64,000 nt of DNA from Setoptus koraiensis (lineage: Eukaryota > Animalia > Arthropoda), in NCBI GenBank assembly GCA_048013815.1, contig CM106585.1:21700001-21764000 (forward strand), read 5' to 3'. Within the stretch, counting starts at the first letter, position 1. Each line of letters starts with the position of its first letter. The notes beneath the pieces are model-generated. The model saw only the letters and a program-made list of their open reading frames with translations, searched no databases and had not been told where the DNA came from. Positions 47,501 through 59,700 of this stretch are shown here, in pieces. A program made the translations under genes and the position numbers.

Positions 47501-50203
47501 TAAGTGCCCAATTAATGGGTACTATCAACTCAAAGCTGGAATGGATGCCGCAGTGGAATGTGCTCAGTAGTCGATTATAAGATTATTTCTGAAAAATAAT
47601 TAGCAGGCACACTAGTACAAACAATCAAATGAGCATTTCGAAATCTATCTAAAATGAAGTTGAGATTTTTTCGGGTCAATTAGCTTGCACTATCAGTGAA
47701 CTTGGTCGGTCGTAAAGGATGAGACAGCTTGCATATAATGTAATTCGCACGTATATCCTTATTCCACACGAGATCAGCGCTCCGAGTGAGATTTTATGTG
47801 ATCAGAAGGGCCAGCAAAAATAGATCATTAAGAAGTAAAAAAAAGTTCGCCTTAAAACTAAGTAAACGTGGAGTTTTTCTTTCTTTGTTCCGTTTTTACG
47901 AAATCATTTCTGAGATACGGTTTTCGGTACGAAATTCGATCAGACCCTCTCTGGGAGTCAGAAAATTTCTCACCAAACCCAACAACTGTTAGAAACCGGA
48001 AGTCGACGATGATACCATCAGCCGGACGCGAATGGTAGCACAAAAACTGTGTATTGGGCAGCTTATTCCAGTTTCTATAGCAAATACAGCCGATAATGGG
48101 TGCCCGAATGGCAAAGTGTGAGCTGACCAGGAAACCGAAATGTGATGGTTATTTCATGACGACAAACAATCTATTCATTTTTCCATTGTAAACGGATTTC
48201 TCTCTCTCTCTCTCACTGTCGGCATAGGGGTCTGCTTTGGCGAATTTGTCTACGGCATATCGTTCTAGTGATAATCGCTAGATAGTGATCACGGTTTTTA
48301 GTTGTGGTCTGAGACAGCTAATAGCCTAGGTAAGTTGCTTGAGGAAGTAGCGGAAGAAAGTAATGGCCAGTAATGACCTGGTAGAGGTACCATCTATTAA
48401 CGGTACTAACGGTTTATATTATGATAATCATTCAAATCGAGCCGGTAGTGGACATTGTCGGCGGCTACTTTGTTACGATGTGGAGTCATCATGTTGTTGT
48501 TGTTGTTGTGGTCACACGATGCTGATTTATTAAGCTGATTAGCAATTAACTCGAGCCGGTTAGCTGGTAATGCAGTCTAGTCAAGCTTGAGCTTGACTAA
48601 ACTCTGCTCGTCGTTTGTTTGGGTACAACCAATGTGCAACAACAAGTATTAACTGGTCATTTTGGTTGTCTCGTCAACGTGCAAACATGCCCACACGAGA
48701 GATACGAGCATATATCAATGGTAATTACATAATCATTTCGATCACTATTTGGGCTTATGTCGCTATATTATAATATGTATGTGTTGTCGATATAGAGCCA
48801 GTCTTGCTGGCTTGCTGGCTTGTTGGCTTGCTGACTAGCCAGCAACAACGACTAGCCAGCCAGCTAGCCAGCCAGCGAGCATGTTTACTGGGTGTAAACG
48901 TCGTACATGCACGCGCACAGTGCTGCAGAAACTAATTCGTGGGGCCCAAGAATACATGATTATGTAACTTGTTAATAGTTTGTTATTTGTGGTCGTGCTG
49001 TTATCACATTGTCATTTTGTCCAACTTGTGCCAACATTTTCGCTGTCTGTGTGCGTGTATATGTTGGCCTAATGTGTCACCCAACGAGCTGGTGGCTAGA
49101 CACACAACGGACATGGGCATCACAGTTGATGAATCATCATTTGATCGGTTGCGTCATAATCGGTTAATTCTTCTCCGCTTGTTGGCTCTCTCTCTCTCTC
49201 TCTGTCCCCTTGGCGATCTGATGATCAATGTTGGCGCGACAACTTTACACTGGCCAAGTTTGGGCTCACCGAAATAACTGTTTGGTCAGCCGGAGAGTCA
49301 GTGCAAACCAACCAGCCCAAGAGAGAAGAAGAATCAATTTTTGAGAGACGACACAATAACGGATTATCCAAGATGGCGCCAGCAAAACATGTTCACACAA
49401 GCAGTGAAATATCTAGACAGCCAGCGCTCTCTTTTGGGCGCCCCAGATAAATGGTCTGGACAACGGGGCCAACAGCGACCCAGCAGAGCCAATTGTGACC
49501 TTGACAAGTGCCCACAATGATCACTACTATCTATCTATCACTACTTGTTGTGACTTGTTGGCCACGATTGACATTTGCATCGAACCGCGACGCTTGACAT
49601 GAACAACATTGGCCTACTTGGCTAACTGTCTCGCTCACTGGTATGCATAAATTTGCCAGCAACGAGCTTGCCATTTTAGCAGCAGCAACTACACCCAAAC
49701 AGACTGGGCCTCTCTCTCTATATGGGCCCAGTGTGAAGGCGGGACGGGCCAGCGGCCGCAAACGTGCTAATCGGGCGCACGTACTCACGCGATCACCATG
49801 ATTAATCGGCTGGCTCTTTTTCTTGCTCGCCTCCATGTGCCCTTTATCTTATCTATAATCTTATCATTGGTTTCGACAACAATGGCGCTCATTGGCGACC
49901 GACCTGCGCCCGCAACTACGCCATGTATAAACATGACCGCCAATGGCTCGTTCTGGTCGCTTAAATTGACCCATTCTGTCTAGACTGGCTAGTCTCTCTT
50001 TTTTTTTCAGTTCGTTGTGTGTGTTTTTAATAGTTAACGAGTTTGTTGATGAGCTGCCGAAACAATTTTGGATAAGCATCATTATCGTTGCCTATCGCAT
50101 GGGCCCCCGCAGCATTATTGTGCTCATTGCGACGCACCTCAACTTGACTACATTTTTGCTACGCTCTCTGCCGGGCACTGAGCCCAGTTTTGGTCTGAAA
50201 TGT

Positions 50204-50265
50204 GGAAATTTCCAGCGCAAATTTCCAGCGCGAATTTCCAGTGGCAATTTTCGGTGGAAATTTTT
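50204..50265. repeat. Five AATTT-centred decamers at ~13-bp spacing, the first a perfect GGAAATTTCC palindrome
   Basis: GGAAATTTCC, CAAATTTCCA, CGAATTTCCA, GCAATTTTCG, GGAAATTTTT. Confidence 0.8.
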
Positions 50266-51460
50266 CGCCCGTGCACTGCATATCGTGTGTGCCATCTTTT
50301 GTGGCAATAAGAGAAAATCGGAGCCGAGCTGCTCGATCAAACCACTGGGGCGTCTCATGCGGCCTCGTGCGGCCTCGTCGTGCAACTTGGATACTCGATG
50401 AGACGATGATCTATTCATTCGTTCCAGAAATAGACACTAGCTTGCTGGTGAGCGTATTCAGGCCTGCGGGCTCGCCGTTCCCCCGGGCAACTCGAGAAGA
50501 CAGTTGCCAGTTCGGTTGGCCTTTTTCCAACTTGATGCAACGATAATTGCGCAACGCCGACCCCAACAGCGAGGCCACAATTTTGCTTGAAATCAGTCCC
50601 ACCAACTCAACAACTAACTAGTGACAGTTCACAACGTGTGCTCACTGTTGTTGTTGGCAGCGCGCCTCGGTTTGTTTATTCGGTGTGTGTGTGTGTGTGT
50701 GTGTGTGTCGTCGAAAGTGGCATTAGTCAATCGGTTTTAAACTTTTGCTTCTTTCGTTCTAGTTATTTAACAGGCGAAATTCTGTCCATTCGATTCTCGG
50801 CTCGATATTGTCTATACATAATTAATGAAAAACAATTTGTGTGTGTGTGTCGGTCGGTCGGTCGGTGCCAGTAGGAAATGTTTTTGCCGCTGCGCTGTCT
50901 CCTCCGAGAAAACACCAACGAGACCAACATCGACATTATAATGGCTGATGAGGCCAGTTTTTGTAGCAAGCCGGCAGCGCTGCCTAGGCCGGCAATTAGA
51001 GCCGCTCGGGGTGAGGCCGCAAATTGCCTTCTGGCTGTATAAGTGTAAATTCAAACCTTGCCTACTGCTTGCCCCCCACATACCCTCAGCGGCTTGCCCT
51101 CAGCCTAGCCGCGGCTTACTGCCCACTGGCTGCATGCAGCGGGCCGGCGCGTAACAGCACTAGCTAGCCCCAGTTAGCTTGCTATAACTAGCTTACCACT
51201 GGTGGCTAGCCAAAAACTCATTGAGTAATATAAGACAGTGAGATAGCTGCGTGAGTTATATAAGACAGTGAGAGAGTTGTGTAAGCGACTTGAAAGTACG
51301 ATGACATGAGCAGCAAAGTGATTCAAGCAAGTTATTCTATTAAGAGTGTGCCTCCATGTGAGTCTCAATGCAGTGCAACCAATTCAAGTTGCACACTGAG
51401 CTCTTCTTTATTCATCATGCATGAAAACCAATAAAAGAGTGCGCGAACGCCGCTATGCGC

Positions 51461-51560
51461 CCCATGCCGCCCCATGCCGCCTCATGCCGCCCCATGCCGC
51501 CTCATGCCGCCCCATGCCGCCTCATGCCGCCTCATGCCGCCTCATGCCGCCTCATGCCGC
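51461..51560. repeat. 10-bp tandem repeat (CYCATGCCGC) x~10
   Basis: Directly visible; no spacers. Confidence 0.95.
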
Positions 51561-51710
51561 TGCCCCATAAGTGGCGCCGCTACCACTTGCCAATGTGTTG
51601 AGCTGTGCGTTTCTCGATGAACCTCCGTGTGCCTCACAGCCAATCGACAGCGCGCTGCCGGGCCTCAGCAAGCGCCTAATACCCCAATGGCGAGTCGCCG
51701 GCAACGGGCC

Positions 51711-51793
51711 CACTGTTCGGCGACTGTTCGGCGACTGTTCGGCGACTGTTCGGGCAACTATTGGGCGACTTTCGGGCCACTGTTGGGCGACTG
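51711..51793. repeat. 11-12-bp tandem repeat (CGACTGTTCGG) x~7, decaying rightwards
   Basis: Directly visible. Confidence 0.9.
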
Positions 51794-52103
51794 CTTGGCT
51801 GTAGACGGGACTGTATACACTGGGCATATGTAGTGTATGCTAAATACGCAATGTGCGGTGTAGTTAATCCGCTTCAATTGCGTCAGCTAGCTGCTAATGG
51901 TGTGCGCGTCAAACAAGCGACTTGTACATTAATTAGGCGCTTTAGTTGACATGTGTGCCGGCCGGCCGGCCGGCCGGCATTATGTAATTATAAGAATTCG
52001 CTTTGGGTACAACGTATACTAACTAACTGTTAAGTAATCACTCAATATATTACTAATTGATTATATACGACTAATTGGTTAGCCCAAATAAACATAGTTA
52101 CAC

Positions 52104-52167
52104 TGCGCGCGCTCGAGCGGCGCTATGTCCTAGCGCCGCAAACGGGTTTTGCATACGAGCGCGCGCA
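52104..52167. other. Nested inverted-repeat element (branched stem-loop)
   Basis: Perfect 12-bp outer arms TGCGCGCGCTCG / CGAGCGCGCGCA enclose a perfect 9-bp hairpin GCGGCGCTA-TGTCC-TAGCGCCGC. Confidence 0.85.
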
Positions 52168-52916
52168 TATATAATATAAGCAATGGGGACCTTTAACACT
52201 GTTTTTAGCTGTTGCCCATGGGAGCCACATGGGAGGCTGAGGGGAGCCTCATTGATGGTGATGGTGATTGATTACTGGGGCATATTGATCTTGCGGCAAG
52301 CATATGTGCGCGTGTGTAGTGAGTGTGTGTGTGTCGAGCCTACTTACAACCGCACTCATTATAACACTAACAACTTTTGTAATACTCAAAATGGCGCCAC
52401 ACGGCGCACCAAACAAACAATTCATTAACAATTTTATCCGCTCTGCAGCATTTTCGTTGCGTGCCTTTGTGTGTGTGTGTGTGTGTTCGCTGGATATCAA
52501 TGGAAATCAATGGATCTGGTCGGATATCCAGTGATCGTTCAATCGATCATAGACGTGCAATTGCAATTGAACGTAAAACAAACAGACGCAAGACAAATGA
52601 AAAGAATTCGAATGGCTTCTTTTTATCCGCAGCTTGCCGGCGCCGGTCATAAAAGTCAATAACTTATTGACAATGAAGGCCACCCTATTGTGGCCCCAAA
52701 AGAAAAGCCAACACACGAGTGCTGCCGCCAATCTGGCAACATAAATCCGTTACCGGCTGCTTTGGATCTCGATGATCTCTTACACCGGCCACTCTGATTC
52801 TGGAGTCTGATTCTTGAGTCTGCAATCTAGACGAGTCGTCGCTAAATCGCTGATTGGCCAACAGATAATAGATAATAACTGTGGTGCAATCTATCTGAGT
52901 CTGAGATGTTGACGAT

Positions 52917-52943
52917 GAGACGAGATCTCTTAGATCTCGTCTC
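52917..52943. repeat. Perfect 12-bp inverted repeat with 3-nt loop
   Basis: GAGACGAGATCT-CTT-AGATCTCGTCTC. Confidence 0.9.
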
Positions 52944-53026
52944 GTGGTCGCCAATTGGCGACGGGGTCGCATCTCTAATCTGGCCACATCGCAGTCGGCG
53001 GACATCGAGCTGATACCTTGATTGAT

Positions 53027-53120
53027 ATATCCAGCATGAGATATCCAGCATGAGATATCCAACATTAGATATCCGAGATTGGATATCCGAGATTGGATAG
53101 CCGAGACTGGAAATCCGAGG
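53027..53120. repeat. 14-bp tandem array x~7 with two unit variants
   Basis: ATATCCAGCATGAG x2, ATATCCAACATTAG, ATATCCGAGATTGG x2, ATAGCCGAGACTGG and a partial unit. Confidence 0.9.
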
Positions 53121-56100
53121 CCCGCCACCCAACAGGGACTCTGGCAGCCAAGCAAAAGTCTGGCAAGTTTTTGGCAACTTTGCGAATGCGGTGCCCACTG
53201 TTGGCTCGCAGGAACTGGCTTGCTTGGTGAGTCACCAATGGTGACAAATACTAACTATAAATAGTGGGCTGCTTGTTTCAATGTAGCCGGTGATTGTTTC
53301 GCGACCAATAACAACCACACCAACACCACCACACAGTGACTAACAGTTACGCAACGCTCAGCCATCTAATTGCGAGTCGCCAGAATCATTAGTGCACATC
53401 ATTAATCATGCGAGCGTCAATTTAATACCGACAGAGCCCCTCGCACACAACTGCATTTAGGTAGATTTTGCAGATTTTCAGCCAGCAGCGTCCTTGAAAT
53501 AGATAGTGTATTACACAGATATATGTGGGCATGTAAACAAAAGTGGCTACATGAGACAATAAAGTGATTGCAAACTTTGTATCTGCTGCGAAATAGAAAT
53601 TCACGCCAAACCAACCAACGACGTCATAACAACCAACGTTACATAGCTGCGTATGTGAGCCAAATCGAGTCGACTCAAGCCAACAGAAAAGTGTATGTTA
53701 TCTAAATAAGTTGCATCACTATGAGTGGGAGTTGTGTTGTTTACATTTAAAAGTAAACAGAATAGAGAGAAAGAGTTATTTGTCTCAATGGGTGTCAAGA
53801 GAGACACTGCGCTGCAGCGGATAATTCTCAGCCATCATTTCAGGTGGCGAGCCAAGTTGCAATGATAACAACTTTAAACCGCCATAACCAGCTAGCGGCC
53901 ACTAATGACGCCAGCTCGTTCTGCCACACAATCAATCAGTCAGTGCAAATTAATGATGATGCCTAATGGTGAGTTGCATCGCAGTTATTTATCCGTCCGT
54001 TATCTCACAAATTCATCCAATCGCGTGTAAGTTGTTTGTTTGTCCGCGTTACAAACTGCGACCAAACTGTGTACAAACTCATCTAGAAACGCTGATATTT
54101 GCCTAGACTTATTCGGTTGCACATAAGCGAGCGACCGGGCGACAGATTTGCGTGTTGGTACCAATGGGTTTTATGGCGACTCTCGCAAGTCTCATCAATG
54201 CAAGTACATTATGTTCATTAGCAAGACTTGAATTTATTCATGTGAACAGTTTGTAGTGCAATTGCGAAAACTCACCACGCAACCCAGACTTTTACTTGCC
54301 AAAACGAACGAAATTCACTGAATTTAGCCAATTTACAGTGGCCAAATCTAATCTGTTGATTCGCATGGTGATCTGGCAAGCGATAATTATAGCGACGGTA
54401 GCCGATAAATGATTCGGAAATTTTCTTGACAGTCTTGTGCGACTTTTTACTCGTCCTCGCTCTCTCCAAGCTGCGATGACAATTTCGCAGTATCAGCTAC
54501 AGAGTCTGTAGTACAGAAATCTTAGCTTGGCAGATGGCGTTTCGGCTTGTGCCCAATGTGCTTGGCTTCGTCGAAAATCGTCGGATTCATTCTTTGCTCG
54601 ATGAGAATGAACTGCGACGAGAGAAGCGCGCTTTCTCACGAATTGGCCCCTTCAATATTGCCCTGTCTCCATGGTTCTATGCTCCATCTTGTCAGCGAAG
54701 ACGGGAGAGAGACAATTCAAGAATCATTTCAGAGAGTGCACATAATATTTTAATGCTGTGTGTAGACAATTCGACTGCATCATCAGCCCCCAGTTTATGG
54801 CAAGTTCTTGCGTGACACAAGAATTCTCTGCAAATACATCAACAGTGGTGACAATAAGTTTCGGCAACACTCAAAATGTTAGCGAGTGATGGCTTGTGTC
54901 AAACAAATTTTGTCGTGAATATAAGTAGAAATTCATTATGTTCAATGTTTTTGGGGCCATGAATGTGTGCTTAATTTTGAAAAAGAAAACTAGCCAACGT
55001 CGCAAACAGGATATACGAGTTTCGACACACAACACACAATTGGCGTGATGATGCGATACCAAGCTACTGTTACATAATAGATGGACCACGGAGAGAAAAT
55101 AATTCATTCATTTTTTGGCGAGCTAACTGCCAAACAGTGAGCTTGCTGGTGCGCTGTTGAATTCTCACTATCTCAGTATCTTGCTTTTTGGCGAGTGTGG
55201 CCCTCTTGTCGAGTCGATGGACACTTTGTAGTTTTTGCCCCTCTCTCTCTCTCTTGCAGATGGTTTCAGTTTGGTTTTCGTTTCTGCTACTGAATAGTGG
55301 CGGGCAAAATATTCTATCTAGATATATTCCGGATAGATGATGGCCAGACAATGGTGCGACATCGATGATATAAGCGCCCCTACCATCATAACAAGTAGCA
55401 CTGCTTGCTGAGAGAGCGAGACAAGTCCTCATTGTCATAATTGATAGGAAGCCATAATAATAAAACGGGCGAGTTGATAGTTTTGTTGTTGTGGTACGCA
55501 ACGCCTCAGCGTGTGCTCGCTTGCTAAACTTTACCACTCTCTTCTTCTTCTTGTATTATATAGGAAATATAAAATGATTCTTCGAGAAGCAGCTTATATA
55601 TTTCCAAATTGCCCATTCTGGCTCTCCATTAATATCTCTTGTGTGACCATTATTCTTATTTCGTTCGGTGAAAGTTTTGATTGGAATTCATTTATAAAAA
55701 TGAAAAGACGACGCGCCGACGACAGCCCGACGAGATAGAGAGAAATAGATAGAGCTATCCATAGAGATTTCATCTCCCTAATGGAATTATACTTGACACT
55801 GTTACACTAAATATGAGGGGAAAAAGAAAAGTTTATCTGCGTTAAAATGTGAGCATTTCGATCATTTATTTTCATCGTTTATTTCAATCATGGCTTTGCC
55901 ATTCTCCTTTTTATTATTTCATTTTTCGCTTGTTTGCTTTGGTGACCGGCCCAAAATAAGGAAGAGGAAATGTGCGCGGCCCGTAAAATAGATAGTGCAG
56001 CGAATTGCAGGAAGGAAAGGGGTAAGAGCGAGAGCGGAATATCGGGGACAAGGTCAGGGCAGGAAGAACCGATAAAGAAGAAGAAGAAGAAGAAGGGGCG

Positions 56101-56786
56101 AAAGAATAGGGCGAGATAAAGCAGAGCGAGCCTGGCAAGACGGAACGCACGAAAAAATAGCAAGACATAGTCATATTAGTCTGGCGTGTCCCTCTATACA
56201 GGATATACAGATACAGGTACAGGTACGGGGAGATACAATCAAACATGTAGGCAAACGACTAGCGTGATAATGGTTATTTATTGCTTGCTTGCCTCTCGTT
56301 GATCTTCTCTCAAATCTTTTTTTTCTCGCCTTATCCCCTCGCTTCTCTCTTTTGAAATTCGCTCGCACACATCCTTAATCAAACCATGCCAAGTTTAATT
56401 TGGGAATTCTCAGGTCCCATTCATACTGAGACGTTTGTAGACAAGTCTACAGTGTAGAGCGAACGAGAGAGGGGGCACGGCTGAGCGCCCTCGGCGCTCC
56501 AATCTCGACCAATCAGCGCCCGTTAGTCGAGAGTTGTTGTTGTTGGCAGGTGCAAGGGACGCCGAGATGAATTTTTCTTTCAGGATTTTTCTCTCTCTCT
56601 CGAGAGAGAGAGAGAGGACCGCTCAATTGAGAGAGGATAGTTGAATCTGTGTGTGTAGAAAAAGAAAAAAAATCTGCCCTTTTGGGGCCTTTGTCGAGCC
56701 AGTTCCAGGTAACTAGAGGCGCTTTCACGCTGGCGAAATACGCTTTATTTATTTAGACCTTTTACACCGTTTCCTAGTGTGGGTGG

Positions 56787-59700
56787 CATGCGGGCGGCGT
56801 GACTGTCTGCTGGGGGGGGGTGGGGGGGTTGGGGTGTTCCTGGCTGAAATACGTCGGGCGGGGGGCTGGAGAGGTGGAGTGGTGCCTGTCATGGGCGGAG
56901 TTTGGTAATTGGGGGGGGCCACCCTTGGTGGGGGCTGGCTTCTGGTTGGGGGGCTTGTGGTCGGCTCACATTTGTGCGTTCTGGTCGTGTATGTTTGCGG
57001 GGGGAGTGCACAACGGGGAGGGAGAAGCGGCGCGGGTGAACATAGACCAATTTGGGGTTGATCAATATACATGGACGGGGGGGGTGGATGGCCGGGGCCG
57101 TGCGACTCAAGTGGCTGAGGGTGGTTGTGGAGGGGGTGGGTTGCTAAAAGTCAAACGAGAGGGAGAGTAAAAGAGAGTATAAGAAGAAAAGGTACAAGTA
57201 AGAAAAAAGAAGACTAGAAGCGTGGACAAGAAGGAGAGAGGCGAAACGAGAAAAGAGTAGTCAAACGCGAAAAGAGAGTCGCAGGAGCAACAAGAAACAA
57301 GAAAGAAAAGACGTAGGAGAAACAACGGAAACGAAAACGTGGCTCAAGGGTAAAGTAGAGACGAAGTGAGTTAAAGTAAAGGAAACAAGGAAAGAGGCAC
57401 TCAGCAGGTAAATGGAGGAGTGAAAGAGCGGAGGAAAAGGGAAGCAAAACACCACAACGAGTCAGGGAACACGGAGAGCACAGTAGCAGGCTACGAGAGA
57501 CAGGCAGTTGAAGAGAGAACGGAAGCTGAGGTAAAAGAACGAGGTGGAAAAGGACAAGGCAAAGAAGTGGTGACGAAGACAAACGAAAGTAAAGAGAAGA
57601 GGGAAAGTGCAAGTGAAAGTGAAAGTAGGTAGAGCAAGAGAGAGAAGGAAAAGTGAGCAGAATATAGAGTAAGGAAAGAGGAAGCAGTGGCAAATGGTAA
57701 AGAGGTAGAAAAGAGACATACAACAAAAAAGTTACGAGAATAAGAAGAAAAGGGAACGACCAGGTAGAGGGGCAGGGGAGTCAACGACATAAACGGTGAG
57801 GGATTCAAAAAAGAGAAACCAAAGGAAGATAATGATAAGACGAGAAAGGAGTAAGAGAAGAAAAAAATGAAGAAGTAACCGGAAGAAGTAAGGGAGGTAG
57901 GAAAAAAGGGGTCAGGAGGGAAGAGTAAAGTGTAAGGTGATGTAAAGAGATGAGAGCGTACAAGAACGGGAAACCGAACGACAGTACAAGTCACAAAAGA
58001 ACAAAGAGAAGAGTGAGAGAAAAGTGAGACTGGTAGGAGATATGGGGCAAGGAAAAAGGAGTTATCGTCAAAAGTTGAAATAAAAGTTCGAAGTAGGACT
58101 CTAAAAAAAAGTTATGAAAAAACGGAAAAGCGAAAGCTCAGTTCAGTTAGAAAGACAAAGCAAAACAAAGATAGAGGCTCGGTAACACCAACCACGAAAA
58201 GGGAAAATGAGTAAAAAGCGTGAGGGAGAACAGTACGTATAAAAAGAAAAAAAGATTGAGTAAAGTGACAAAGAAGTAAGGGGCAGAAAAAGGTAAGCAG
58301 AAATAGGAGAGTAGACAAAAACGTGTAAAGTATAGGCAGGGGAAGTAAAAAAAGTTAGTAAAACAAAGAGTGGGCGAGGGAATGCGAAAAAAAACGGAAC
58401 AAAGAAACGAGTAGAAAAAGGTGTGAGAGGAAAAGAAGGAGAAAAATTAAAGACGAAGGAGTAAAAAAGGTACTTCAAAGAAGGAAACGAAGAAAGGAAA
58501 GGCGAAGAGCAAGAAGCAGTACGAAGAACCGAAAAAGAGACGAAGGAAAAGAAAGAAAAGAATAACGGGAGTAAGTTAGAGAAAGGGGGGAATAAGAGGA
58601 GTAAGATTTGAAAAAGGATCAGGTGGAAAACAGAGTGGAAAGAGGAGAGGAAGAAACGAAGAGAAGTGAGAGAGTAAGTTGAAAAGTAAGACAAAGAGGA
58701 CTAAGGTCCTCGGAAGGTAGTAAAAAGAAGATAAGGAAGAAAGGTTAGACGAAACGGTAAGAAGGACGCAAGAACAGGAAAAGAACGAAAAAAGAGAAGA
58801 AGAAGGTACAGTTAGAAGGAGGGAAAAAGGAAACAGGACCGAAACGAGAAAGGTGAGGAGAGGAAGGCAGTGTAGGAGAGCTTGAGTCAGGCAGGAAAGT
58901 TTACGAGTGGGTAAAGAAGTAAGGAAAAGGCAAGGGGGAAAGAAGTACATAAGTGAAAAGTACAAAAGACAGAAGTAGCACGAAAAAGGCAAAGAGAGTA
59001 GGAGCCAAGTTAAGGTTAAAGGTTGAGAGAAGGGGACAGAAAAAAACGGCAAAGAGGGGTAGAAGGAGGCAAGTTAGACAGAAAGCGTGTAGTGAGACAA
59101 TGTAGGTAAAGTAAGGGGGTAGAAGCGGAGCGACGGGAAGAACAAAGGCAGGCAGTAAGTAGTGAAGATGACGAGAAGTAAAACATAGAAGGGAAACACG
59201 ATAAAGAGAAGAGGAGATAGAGAGTACGGAGAAACGGGGGAGGAGTTAGAGAGCAGAGGAGACCGAAGTGACCAAGAGAAGTAGGGAGAGAGGGCAAAGT
59301 GGGAGCACGTAAAGAAGTACGAAGGTGGGTGAAAAAAAAAGAGAGATAAGGGGTAGATCAAGAAAGTAAAAAAGAGTCGAACGCGTACAGTAGGAACGGG
59401 TACACACGAGGAAGACGGAAGACAGAAGGGAAACGTACAGAGAAACAGAAAAAAGCAGTTAGTTAAAGGAGGTGGGACAAAAAAAGAGAAATCGTAGAAA
59501 AACAACGGGAGAAGTTACAGAGTAGTACAAAAGAGCGTGAAGATAGGGTAAAAAAAGAACATAAACAAGACCAAAGGAGACGGCGTAAAAGAACATGTAA
59601 AGATCGGAAAAGTAAGGGCGAAGTAGAGAGCTGAGCAAACGAAAGAGGTTAACCAGAAACGGTAAGGGTCAAACAGGGAGAAAGAGAGGCAGCAGAAAAA

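Noticed and set aside
36764-48003. Three CCGGAAGT (ETS-like) motifs at ~36764, ~39302 and ~47996
   Set aside because: The count is close to chance for an 8-mer over this length, and they are not clustered.
47950-48110. YHQPDANG-like string reminiscent of a retroelement integrase
   Set aside because: Imperfect motif, flanked by stops, with no RT/RNase H/DDE context or LTRs.
51461-53120. Repeat arrays as possible CRISPR
   Set aside because: Head-to-tail units of 10-14 bp with no unique spacers, eukaryotic context and no cas genes.
44690-55738. Candidate GPCR exon 2 at 44691, 48228, 54533 or 55563
   Set aside because: Each phase-2 continuation hits a stop within 20-75 codons without a convincing TM4-TM5 pattern or donor.
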